A stretch of 64,000 nt of DNA from the human T2T-CHM13v2.0 reference genome, Homo sapiens. The stretch lies in assembly GCF_009914755.1 (NCBI RefSeq), contig NC_060929.1. The stretch is one strand, 5' to 3'. Positions 37,471-50,929 of this stretch are shown in pieces. Made by a program: the position numbers and the translations under genes. Within the stretch, counting starts at the first letter, position 1. Each line of letters opens with the position of its first letter. The notes beneath the pieces were generated by a model. The model had not been told where the DNA came from and did no database searches. It was given only the letters and a program-made list of their open reading frames with translations.

Positions 37471-38964
37471 ACCAGGGTTCCCGCTCAAGCATCTAGGGTC
37501 AGACTGGGAAGTCCTTGCCCAACCCGTGCAGGGTTCAGAAGGTTGCTTGGGGTGACCAGGTGGTCAGTGGCTGGGCTGCGCGGTTCAGCCAGGCACCAGG
37601 GTCCCTTGGGGGTAGTTTCGTGGAGGGAGCGGACTTTAGGTGGAGATTCTAGGCGGAGGGACCAGCTTGGGCACAGGCGAGGAGGCAGGACTCAGCAGAG
37701 CGCCCTAGGAATAGGGAAGAACCCAGCTGGTGGGATTCTTCTGGCTGGGCGACTTTGTTGTCTTACAAGGGTTAGGAGCAATGGAGGGGCTTGAGAGGGG
37801 GCGGGCAAAATCAAAGTTGGCCTTCAGGATCCTTTATCTGGCGATGTCCTCTGTCTGCTAGAGGCTATGCCCTGACTCAGTTTCCTCCGCTGGGAAATAG
37901 GGAAGCTATTAGCTTCCCGCACTCTTCCACAAGGGATAGTGAGGTGATGAAGGTGATAAAACAACCCAAAACAAGCACAACTCAAATTTCTTGAGCACTT
38001 CCTAATTGCAGGTCAGGCCCGAGTCTCCATTCATCCACACAACAGCTCTACAAGGTTGGAACTCATGTTTTTACAGATGAGGAAACAGAGGCACAGAGAG
38101 GGAAAGTGACCTGCTCAAGGTCCAGGGTAGTGAGGGGCATGGCTGGGATTGGAATCAGGCCCATAGATTGCATGAAGCGGATTCTCTCCTGGGAGGTCCC
38201 CTAGCCAAGCCATCTGCTGTTCTCCCACCCCTCCTGGGCTCTGGGATGGGGGCAAAGGGTTTGGAGCTGCCTGTGTGAGAAGCCAGTGGAGTCACAGAGT
38301 GGGCTGGGTGGGCAGTGGGATGAGAATCATCCTCCTCACACTCACAGCCATCTCCACTGCTTACAGCCCTTGGGCAAATCACCTGCCACCACCACCCCAA
38401 CCCTGTCCTTCGCCTGCATCTGTGAAAGGGGGTTCACAAGCTTCTTCAGCTTTTCCCTTAAGAGTCAGTAAGTGAACGTAGCAAAGGGTGTTTTGAGCAT
38501 CAGATGTAGTGTGGATGGGTGTTTTTATCACCATCAACCAAAGACTCAAGGGGGGTAGTGTCTGCCAGGCAGTCCCTGAAGGGAATGGAAAACCCCCTTC
38601 TTCCCCCAAAGAAAATGCTGGTGTTAGTCCCAATGATTTGGGAAAGAGTTGTTCCCCCGTCCCCACCCTTGAGAGGGAGAGAAAGAGATTTTTTCTTCCA
38701 AATAGTGCTGGGTCTTCACAACTCTAAATATCTCCAACCCTAGAATGTTCTGAGCAAACCAACGTATACATAATATATGCTTCTGTTCTTAACTAAAAGC
38801 AGGCCTCCAGACCTTGAGGACACCAGCCGGCAAGGACTTTCACCTCTGTCCTCTCCCCAGCATACCCTAGTTCTGGGGCCTGTCAAGTTGGGGTTGTGGA
38901 CTGAGGAGAATGGAGGAGTACAGGTCCCTCAGCAGCCCCTGGTGTCTTACAAATGGTTTCTTGA

Positions 38965-39140
38965 GGCTGGGCACGGTGACTCATGCCTGTAGTCCCAGCG
39001 CTTTGGGAGGCCAAGGTGGGAGGATAGATTAAGCCCAGGAGGTAGAGGTTGCAGTGAGCTAGGATTGTGCCACTGCACTTGAGCCAGGGCAAGTGAGTGA
39101 GGACCCTATTTCAAAAACAAAACGAAACGAAACAAAAAAA
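38965..39140 (+). mobile_element. Alu monomer (FRAM/FLAM-like)
   Basis: Single Alu arm with an A-rich tail; perfect TSD CAAATGGTTTCTT at 38950-38962 and 39142-39154. Confidence 0.88.
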
Positions 39141-40299
39141 CCAAATGGTTTCTTAGTACCAACTTGGGTTGGGTTAGTCTGCCCTGCACTGGGGAGACAG
39201 GTGTAGGAGGCCACAGATAGATGTAGGGGTGCCTTGTCTGGTGGGAGAGGCCGGTGGAGCGTGCTTTCTGCATGGGGTGGTGATCTGTGCTCACAAGGGT
39301 GGGGTTTCTAGTGGGCCTGGGAGCACCCTTTCTTTCTGGAGAGACAAGTGAGCTGGATACAGCAGGATAAATAGAAGTTTGCTTGTTGAGGGCTGGGGAC
39401 AGGAAGTACATTTCAGGAATGTTTGAAGCCCAGAGGCCTGAAAGAATAGTGCACAGTGAGTGTTTCTGGAGGTGGGGAGAAGGGCAGGGGGTTAGGCTGT
39501 AAAGTGCTGCGGACCGTGCGGGCAGAAAGGGCAGGGCCTCGAAGGATCTTGAAAGTAATCCTGAGGGTGCTGGAGAGCCAGGGCAGCTTCAGGGCAGGAA
39601 GTCACCTTGCTTCAGCCTCCTCCCCTGTGCAGTGTGGGCACAAACCATCCTCCCTGCAGGGCTGACTGGAAGGTAAATGAGAGACTGGAAGGGGACGCAC
39701 TTATGCCTTTTACTACCCTGCTCCCTGCGTCCGGGAACTAGAGGTTGGGGAGTGAGGCCAGAGTGAGGAGGCAGGGTTTGGGGGCTTTGTATCCACTGTT
39801 CTCCACGCACAGGGAGACAGGCCAGGGATTCCATGCTTCCTCCAAGACCTGGCCTGGGCTGCTAGACAGAGGTGGCCATGATTAGCAGCTCCAGTTGACC
39901 TGGGCATGTGACTTGGGCAGTGTCTCCCATTGGGGAAATGGGATCTTGGTTCTGGCTCCACGGTCAGGAAAGCTGCCTTCGCCCAGGGTCCCCTTCTTGC
40001 CGCTGGGAGGTTCTGCTGGGCCCAGCCTCAGTCCTCACCATGTTCTTCTTGCTGGATTGGCAGGGGCCTTCTTAATGGATTCTCCTCCAGCTCACATTCC
40101 ATGCTCCAGGTAGTACTGAAGGGGAGATCTAGGGGTGGTGCAGGCCACAGAGCTGGGGGCTGAAATCTCTGCCCTGGTCTGGTTCTACATTTCCTATCTT
40201 CCTGAAGGAGGCCCATGGCCTCCCCCATTCTCCGTCTCTCCTGGGGAGTTCCTGCCTGTCTGGAGCTGGGTGCCTGTGTGTGTTGGAAAGGCTGCACCG

Positions 40300-40830
40300 C
40301 ACACCGCAGATCCCAGCTGCCTCTGGACGCTGAAAAATCCAATTTTCTTCCTAATTGCCACCGCCCGCGCGCGCTCTCTTTCCACTCACAGCCTACTTCT
40401 GCTTGGCGGCGCCTCGTTTCCCCCACATTCTCCCTGCTCCTGCCTCCTGCTGCCCACCCCATGGGCGGATGCTGCCCCCCCTCGCGGTCACCCGTGTCGG
40501 GACGCACCGTATATCATGTCTGCAGCCAGGAGGGGCCTGGGAGCTGGCTGTCCCCCGCCCTGGGCTCCCTGACGAAATCGTCCTTTTCTGCGGCGGATGA
40601 CAGGTTGTGGGAACAACAGCTTGAATTACGGAAAGAAGTTTCCCCACTGAGTTAATCTGCAGTGGCTGGAGGTGACCTTCTGGAGACGGCGATTAATCAC
40701 GGGCCGTGGCGGGCGCCGCGCCACGCCGGGCCCTTTGGGGGAATACTAATTCCACTACAAGATAAATCATAATTTGACAATAATCATCTGCCCTAATCAC
40801 TCCAATTCTTCCGTTTAATTATTTGTATAC
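40300..40830. promoter_or_regulatory. CpG island abutting a homeodomain-motif-dense AT-rich core (candidate developmental enhancer)
   Basis: CpG-rich 40300-40740, then repeated TAAT cores, TGATTTAT (minus strand) and TGACA at 40691-40821. Confidence 0.75.
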
Positions 40831-42044
40831 ACTGTGTTTCTTCCACGAAGACCCTGTGTGCCCATGGGTGGGGAGAGGATGGCCGCCTGGGCACAGACCC
40901 CTCTCTGGCCCCTCAAGCCTGTCAGCCCTGCTGGCATGCCTGGGGAGGCCTGACTCAGAACTGATAGGGAGAGTGTTGGAGCTCAGAGTTTTGATAGGGT
41001 AACTGAGGAAACTGAGGCTCAGAGAAAGGCCAGGCCTTGCCCAAGGTCACATGGCAAGTTTGGGGTGAGCCATGCTGAGGACAAAGGCCTTCGCTGTTCA
41101 GGCCCAGGTTGTAGCCCACTGTCCAGAATGCCTCACTTCTGCTCTACTCCCTGACCTTCGGTCCTCAATCTCCTGTGATGCCTGGTCCCACCCTCCATCT
41201 GCCAGTATGGACAGGGTTGCTGACTGCTTCCATTCCCCCTACCCCAGTCCTGGGCCTGGCTGTGCACTCAGGACATGAGGATCAGGGATTGCAGGCATCT
41301 GAGCAAGCATTGCCTGAAGCTTCTTACCAGGTGCTGTGTGACCTCTGGTAGTTGATGGAACCTCTCTGAGTCTGTAGCCTTTACCTATAATTGGATTGAG
41401 CTCTCTGTCTTCCAGGGTGGTGGAAACTTGACCTGGTGCCAGATCCACAGGTGTGCTCACGGGGGACCCACAGGTGTGCTCACAGATGCCTGCCATTGCC
41501 CCTTCCTGTTCTGTCAGGGTCCAGCCACTGGAGCCCTGCATTTCCTGTCTCCACTTCCCCTCCCAAACCTGGCTCCTGGTGCCACCATGCTCAGCCCCTG
41601 GGTTGTGCCGCCAGGAGAGTCCCAGGATTCCAGCTCTGCCCCTGATCCTCCCTTGGATGCGCTGGCTGGCTCTGCTGCTGATTCTGGCTCACTGAGCAGG
41701 AATCAGAATGACTCAGTGGCTTTCTTCTTCCAGGCAGGCTCCTGGCACCCTATGGAGGAGGGTAGTGGCAAATGGGGTATAATGAGAGCTGCTAGATCCA
41801 GGGTGCACCCCACATAGGGCTTGTGGTCTGCCTTTGTGGCAATGTGAGGGGGAATGGCTCTCCCAAACAAGAGCCACAAGCCTGCTGGGTGTGTGCTGAT
41901 GGTGCTACAGCCAATAGAGAATGACGTACTGATGATAATGAAAATAATGATAACAACAATGAATGCTCTTTCCCAACAGCAGCCTGCCCCGGGGATCTCC
42001 TGGTCCCAAGGTCAATGTTAGGCTGATAGAGGAAACGTAGCCCT

Positions 42045-42098
42045 TCCCTGGTGGTCTAGTGGTTAGGATAATAAAAATAAATACACAAATAAATAAAA
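42045..42098 (+). pseudogene. Retroposed 5' fragment (nt 1-25) of tRNA-Glu(CTC) with an A-rich tail
   Basis: TCCCTGGTGGTCTAGTGGTTAGGAT (42045-42069) equals the first 25 nt of human tRNA-Glu-CTC. It is followed by a 29-nt tail with 22 A and flanked by GGAAACGTAGCCCT / GGAAATACAGTCCT. Confidence 0.8.
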
Positions 42099-43099
42099 GG
42101 GAAATACAGTCCTTATCCCCAAGATGCCATAGTCTCAGGGAAGATGTGTGAGAGAAGAAAGACTCAGGGGCAAATACAAACCACAGCATTGCCCGTCAAC
42201 ATCTCGGAGTCCCTGCTGCGTGCCAGGCCTGGTGCTCAGTTTTTTGCCTGATCCACTTCACTGAGTCCTCATGACCACTTGTGAGTAAGATGTGATGTCA
42301 GCCCATTTTACAGATGGGAAAATCAAGTCACAGAGAGGCGAAGTCACTTGCTCAATGTCACTATGCTTGTGAGCACAAGGTTGGGATTTGAACTCAGCCT
42401 TCTCCTCCATTCTTTCCTGTCTCCCAGAAATCATTTCATCAGTGTTGTAGAATTTCTGGCCAGAGGATCTGGGCAAAGCTGAGTCAGTCTGTTCACCTGT
42501 CAGGGTCTCCATGCTTCTGGCTGTAAAAGGGGCTTCGCACAGTTGTGAAGTGGGGATGTGAAAGAGCAGCCAGTCCCTGCCTCAGCCCTATAAGCCTGTA
42601 AGTCCCTCACAGGGTCTTCTTTCCGTCCTTTCTGCTGTAGTTCCCCTTCACTCCTCCTCCGTGGACACCAGTTTCCCTTATTTCCTGTTTCCCTTATTCC
42701 TTGGCTTAGATCAGCACCCCCTAACCTCTGCTTTCCATGACCCTTGCTTGGAGGAGGAGATGTGTGTGCGACAGGCAGTGTTAAATAGCCCACCGGCCTC
42801 CATCTGGTGCTGTTTCCTGACTGCTCAGGGAGATCATCCATGGCTTAGGACCAGTGGGGACACTGTTGACTTTGTGATATATGTTTTGGTCAGGAACCCC
42901 TGGCTGTCTGCAGCCCTCACCCTGCCTGCCTTTTAAGGTGAGTTCCCAATACCAGGCAGGGCTCTGGAAGGCAGCTGTCCAGGAGTACCTCATCCCAACC
43001 ATGAGGACCTGAGGAGGGTCATTTAGCCTTTCTGAGCCTCCGTTTCCATAGCTGTAAATCAAGGATAATAATAATGCCTGACAGATAGTAAGCATTCAA

Positions 43100-43632
<533 letters not shown>

Positions 43633-45269
43633 GCTCAATAATTGTTGCCTATTGTTAGTTGAAGTACCAGGTTGCTTGTTGAGGTCACAGAGGGGTCAAC
43701 CAATTGTCACCCTCTTCTAGCTTGGCCCTAGATGGCCTTTTTTAGCGTGTCCAAGAGAGGAGGGTCATCTACCCTGCAGACAGTACTCCACTCAGAAAGG
43801 CTACAGACCCCTCCCGGCAGACCCCTCCCGGCAGAGCCAGCCCCCTTTCCTGCCAGGGGGATGGCAGGACAGGAGGCCTGGCTGGGGAGGTGGTGGGGCT
43901 GTGGCAGCAGAGAGGGGAGGCAAAGGTTGGCAGAGTGGGGAGAGATGGCCTGGGGGGAGAGCAGCGGAGTCGCTGGGGAGAGAGGGAGGCTGTTGCGCTA
44001 TAAATACCTTCCAGGTAACAGGACCCATAAATGAAGGGAGGGAATTAGTCACATTCTGCAGCGCCTCAGAGAGAGGACAGGGAGCAATGACCTGAATCCA
44101 CGGAAGGAAAAAAATTAGGCTAACCTTGTTGGGTGAGGGGGAGGTTAGGGGCCGGATGCTGTGCCTCCTCAGTGGGGTGCCTGAACAGGCTCTGCTGGGC
44201 GGGCCCAGGGAGGAATAACCCTGGCAGGAGGGGTCTGGAAGAAACATCTTGTCTATTCCCTCCAGATGTGTGAGGTGTGTGGGACTCTTCCTTTTCTTCT
44301 CAAGGATCTCCTGGCCTCTCTCTGAACCTCACACCCATTCCTCCTGGGAAGTCCTTCCAGGAGTCTAGCCCAGTTGTTCTTCACGTCACTCTGAAGCATG
44401 TTTTCATTCACTGCGCTCACTGTCTTTAAGCCCTGGCTCCCCCTGGGGTGCCCACCTTGTCAGGCATCTAGCTCTGGGGTCATTCCCTGGGTTCCCAATC
44501 AGGCAGAAGGATCTTTGCCGGGGAAGGCAAGAAGGCCGTGTCCTACTTCCACTCTGGACTCAAGCCGAGTGGGCCCACTTGTCCCTTGCTGGGATGATGA
44601 CCATGGCCTGTGCTCTAGTCTCCTAGCTCCAGCTTCACCTGCCCTGGGCCAGCCCCTCACCCCCAGGGTTGCCAGAGCAATAGTCAGGCATGCCCTCCCT
44701 TGCTCACACCTTCCCTGCTCCTCTCGGAATGGAGGCCAGTCCCCTCGGCCTGGCACAGCGAGCCTCCAGGATTGGCCTCCAAGCAGCTTCCTAACCACAT
44801 CTTCTGCCTTTGCTCTCACACCCAGCCTGCCAGTCTACATTCTCCAGGTCTTTGCACCAGCTGTTCTTTCAGCCTAGTGTTCCTGCCTCTTGCTATGCCT
44901 GGTCGACTTGCGTTTTCTCCCAAGACCCGAGCTTGAGTCTGAAATTCTCTCTGCTGCCTCCCCAGCTGAGTTGGGTCCTCCCTCATCTGTGCTTCAGAAA
45001 TTCTCCAGCAAAGGTAGTCTGGGGAAGTCACCAAGATCCAATTGGGAAGTCCAGCTCTGCCTCACCCTGACTACATGGCCTCTGGTGAATAGATGAGCTC
45101 TCCTGTGCCTCAGTTTCCCCATCTGTGAAAAGGAGTTCTCACAGTGCTTCCCAAGGGTTTTACAGTTTAGGCAAGATCCTGCATGAGGAGGGCTGAGCAC
45201 ACAGTCAGCGGGTGGCTGTTGTTGGGGTCACAGTATTGATCACACTGTTTCTGTGTCTGCCTCCCCTGC

Positions 45270-45770
45270 GGGCTGCGAGATGGGGAGGGAGGGGGGCAGT
45301 GCAGCGTCCCCGTGTGACTTGTCGCCGCCACAACCGCAGTGGCCAGCTCGCGCCTGGCACTGAGACCGTAAGCAAATGTTTGCTGAATTAATGAGTGGGG
45401 GCTGCAGGGAGGGCTTGGGCTGCAGTTCCGCCTGGGCTGCTGCAGCTGGGGCGCGTACGTACATCCGTGTGCCCCTGGGAGTGTGAGTGAGGGGCGCCTG
45501 TGGGTGGGGGAGCCATATCCGTGTCCCGGGGGTCTGGCGGCGCCGTGGGCAGCCTGGCGCGCCCGCTCCCTGGGGTCCCCGCCGAGCGCCTGCCTGGCTG
45601 CGGGACCCCGTTGCCAGGAGCAGTCAGGATGCGGCAGCGTCTCCATGGCAACGCGGCATCTCGAGCCGCGCGCCGCCCTCCCCCGGCGCCCCGCAGTGGG
45701 CAGGAGGCCGAGCCTGGCAGCCCCTCCCGGCCCAGCAGCCAGCAAGCTGGGCCAGGAGGCCGAAACCTGA
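45270..45770. promoter_or_regulatory. CpG island with a consensus RFX X-box
   Basis: High CpG density; GTCTCCATGGCAAC at 45639-45652 and a second half-site GTTGCCAGG at 45610. Confidence 0.8.
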
Positions 45771-46659
45771 TGGGAGGGGCTGAGCAGGGGGCTCCTTATT
45801 TTCTAGGGATAAGGGGCTGACCTGCCTTTACTTCCCACCTCATCTGGGGGAGGTAGATAATAGAGCCTGTCCTCTGTCTATGAGCAGCACCCTCCACACC
45901 CGCCAGGAAAGCAGGAATAGGTTCTGGTCAGGGCAGGATACCCTCACTGGCGAAGGGACATTTCTGATCTAAGTCCTGGCTGTGAAAGTGGCGCTGTTGT
46001 GAGGGGCACTGAGGCACAGCCAGGGAAGTGCCATACTGTTCCAGGGCTTCAGTGTGACCCCAGTGACTTCCATGACCCACCCGATGTCCACCCATGTCCC
46101 CACTTCTCATAGATAATGCCCAGTACCTGCCACGAACCCTTCCAACGCCCCCTCACCCTCTCAGTTGTGCCATATCCCCAGACCCACTCAGTACTTCCCA
46201 CTGCGGGTTCCGTGACCCTCCCACCCCTGGTTCCCACTCAGTGCCCCTTCTACTCGCTATCTTCACACTGCCTTCCAGTTCTTCCCAGCACACAATGTCT
46301 CCAGTTGTTATTCAGTACCCCCAGTGCCTACGCAGTGGTACTTCCAACATGCACTCAGGGCCCCCGTTACCACCAGGAAACCACCCAGCGCCCTCTTTCC
46401 AGTTTAGGCTTGGTACCACTTAAATAGCCCCCAGGGACCACCCACTGCCCCCAGTACCTGCCCGGTGGCCCCCAGTGCCCTCCTATTAATCGGCCCAGTA
46501 CCCTGCACATCCACTGTAGTTCCCCACCTCTTCGCACTTCTGTTCACCTAGTGCTAACCACTACAATCTCGTTCTGCCCAGTATATTCCCACCATGCAGC
46601 CCCTTGCCACATTATTTCCAGATAAATCCCCATTCGCCCCCTTGCCCACCTCCCACCCT

Positions 46660-47090
46660 CCAAGCCCAAGCTCCGCCGGGCCGCAGTGCTCGCAGCGGCC
46701 AGGAGGGGGAGAGAGCGAGTAGTCAGCAGGAGACCGAAGCGCGGGGCGCGGCTGGGGAGAGGGTCGAGGGGCAGCATCCAAGGCCCTCTTCTTACAAGGG
46801 CTGAATCCGAGCCCAGGGTGCGGCTGCGTTCCGGGGGGGTTCCTCCCGGAGTGACCGCACCCCTGCCCCGCATCTTCTGCAAACCCCTCCGGGTCCGCCG
46901 CCACCGCCGCCGTCGTGGCTTTGGCTCTGAGAAGGGGCGCGCGCCCTCTGGTGGCTGCTGAGCAGTACAGCTTCCTAGGCCGATGAGGAGAGGACGCCGC
47001 TCTGGCCCGGGGTGGTGCGTTCGTTCCCTCTCTCTTTCCCTGTCCTCCTTTTTTGGGCCTGTCCTCAAGCTGGCGGCGATGGGGTGACGG
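46660..47090. promoter_or_regulatory. CpG island containing a strong CTCF motif
   Basis: High CpG density; GCGCCCTCTGGTGGC at 46941-46955 reads GCCACCAGAGGGCGC on the minus strand. Confidence 0.8.
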
Positions 47091-47883
47091 CAAGCCAGGC
47101 CCCTCTGTGGTGGCTGGGTAGAGAGCCTGGGGTCTGGATGAAGGGAGAACATTGGGTAGGGAGGTGTGGAACCAGGGCCTGGGGAGAGGGACCGCGGAGC
47201 AGAATGGTGGTGGGGGTGGATCGCTGAGTCCACAGATGAAGGACTAACAGATGGATCTGAACTCAGGAAGTCTACAATCTGAGCTGTGATTCGATGTGCT
47301 GTTTGTAGAAGGGGGCGATACAGGATTGGTGGCAGTAGGGTGAGGCCTCCCTTCCAGGCCTGGCAGTTCTATCTGGCCCTAAGCCTTTCATGGGATACTT
47401 GTTGATGGACCTACCCTTCGATGACTCTGTTTCTGCCTCTGCCCGTCTACCAGCGCCTAGCCTTCTTTTCACCTGCCTGGGCCTGTTTCTCAGTCTTCAG
47501 CAGTCCTGGAATGGTGGGGGGCACCCTCTCCCTGTCCCACAATATGGGGTTTTCTCTCCTCTGTGTATGGGGGAAATGGATGGAGCTACAGCAGAAGGGA
47601 CCCAGGTTAGACTCTTGCAGTCTGTCCTGAGTTTAGGTGACCTTGGCCTGTAGGACCCTCCATGGTTAGATCTGTGATTTTGTGCCCATTCCAGCAGCCC
47701 CACCTCGATGGATTAATAAGTTCCCTTAGACTTAAAGGTCCTTAGAGATGCCTCCTCCATCCTCGCCATTGCCTGGCTGGGGAAACTGAGACACCCAGCA
47801 GGTTAAGAATTGCTCTAGGGCGAATAGAGGGGTAGGCATCAGGATAGTAAGGTGATAAAGAGCACTGACTGGCCTGGGTTTGA

Positions 47884-48707
<824 letters not shown>

Positions 48708-49489
48708 TAAGCATCAGTTTTCTTATTTATAAAATGAGGATCAAAACTCTACCTACTTCCCAGGAGAGCTGTAAAGATTCAGTCAGATGAGGATGATATT
48801 GGAGAGAATAATAACAATGATTGGAGCTGTTAATAATGTTAACTGAGCACTCACTTTGTGCCAGGTGCTGTGCAAAGTGATTCAGCACATGCAATCCAAG
48901 AGGTTATATACCAGCTTGACAGAGGTAAGGCTCTTGCTCAGAGGCTCTCAGTGATGACCAGCTCACAGGCAGAGTGACAAAGCCCCTACCAGGTCTAGTG
49001 CCTGACCCCAGGGCACCAGGATGAGTTCCAGAGTCCTCTGCCTCAGCTAGGGCTGGAGGCAGAGAGAGGGACAAGAAGACCTTGAGCTGTCCCCTGTGCA
49101 GTGCTCCCCTGTCCCCTGGGCCTGGCTCAGATATCTGGCCCCCCGCCAGGGAGGGCAAAGGGGCTGGTTGATGGAGGAAGCACGTGTCCCAGCCTGGGCA
49201 GCTGAACCTGGGGGCCTTGCCCCGGAACCTGGAACCTTTCCTGCAAAGGGAATATCCTACAGCAGGAAGGAAGGAAGTGGGGAGGGGGAGGAAGAGGAGG
49301 GAGAAAGGATAGGACAGGCCCCAGCTGGGAGAGAGTTCTCTCCCAGACAGGCCAAGAAAAGAGGACCTCTGGACTCCAGGCTGAGAGGCCAGTGGGCTGG
49401 TCACCCTGGCTGCGGTTTAGATGTGTGTAGTGGGGGAGAGGAGGGCATAAAAAGAGAATGTGACCCACTCACTGCCCTCTGTTTCCTCA

Positions 49490-49937
<448 letters not shown>

Positions 49938-50009
49938 CTAACTGTCTGATCTGTAAGACAAGACAGTAGCTCATGCAGAGTCCAGACTCCCACAGCCTGT
50001 GAACTCATG

Positions 50010-50470
50010 CGTTCAGTCAACAACATTATTGAGCACCTACTACGTGTTGGGGTCTGGGGCTATTGCCCTGAACAGGAGCCAGTCCCTGCCCTCATGGAAT
50101 TCTGTCATTGGTGGAGGGTAGGGGAAGATGAGTCACCAGGCAGTGATGTTGGAGAAGCACAGGGCCTGTGACCCAGCCTGGTGGGTTGGGGAAGACTTCC
50201 TGAAGGAGGTGATATTCATGCCAGGACCCAGAGGGAGTGTGCATAGTCTGAAGAAGGAGCATGGTGGGAAGAGGGCTCCAGGCAAAGGGAAGAACAGGCA
50301 CAGAGCCTAAGACCCAGGGCAAGCAGGGCTACGGCTGCAGCAGAGCAGGTGGCGGCGGGGGTTGGGGGAGAGGAGGACGGGCCTCAGGCCTCAGGGATAG
50401 GGCTGTGGGTATTTTCCTGACAGCAAAAATCCAGAGAAGCTTCTAGACAGGGGTGGCATGGTCAGAGTGC
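50010..50470 (+). mobile_element. L2 remnant
   Basis: TTCAGTCAACAACATTATTGAGCACCTACTACGTG..., CAGTCCCTGCCCTCATGGA, GAAGACTTCCTGAAGGAGGTGAT are typical L2-derived words. Strand is as read and not confirmed against the consensus. Confidence 0.7.
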
Positions 50471-50929
50471 GATAAGTCCCAATGGAGGGCACTCAGGGCC
50501 TCCATGTGACCTGCTACCTCTATGCCCTCATCTCTCCCAGCTCCTCTGTGGGGGGCAGCCAGGCTGTAGCACTTGTGGCTCCTCAGGCTTCCCACCTTCC
50601 TTCATTATAAAGACTTCTCCCCTGCCTGAACTGCCCTCCTGTACTGAACCTCACCTATGGGCAGGGGACTGTGGTGGCTTGAGTTCTCATCTGTCCAGCA
50701 CTTGCCCAGCCCTTCAGGGACACACCTTTGTTCCCTAAAGGTGAAGTGAGTCATAGATGCCCCACCTTCACCTCCTACCTGGCCATGGGTGGCCTTGTGA
50801 CCCAGGCTGGGTCAGTCATTGCACTTCGGACTCAAGACACTGATGGTGGCAGTGGGGGGCAGTGCCCTGAGTTGGGCCAGCCACAGTCCTCCTTGGAAGT
50901 TTCCATCTGGCTTGCGGTGAGGGTGGAGG

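Noticed and set aside
42045-42116. Functional tRNA-Glu gene
   Set aside because: Only nt 1-25 are present; no anticodon arm, T arm/B box or acceptor 3' strand.
43999-44020. TATAAATA box followed by a CAG|GTAACA donor
   Set aside because: The donor lies within about 10 nt of the TATA, before any plausible TSS. A single motif with no other support.
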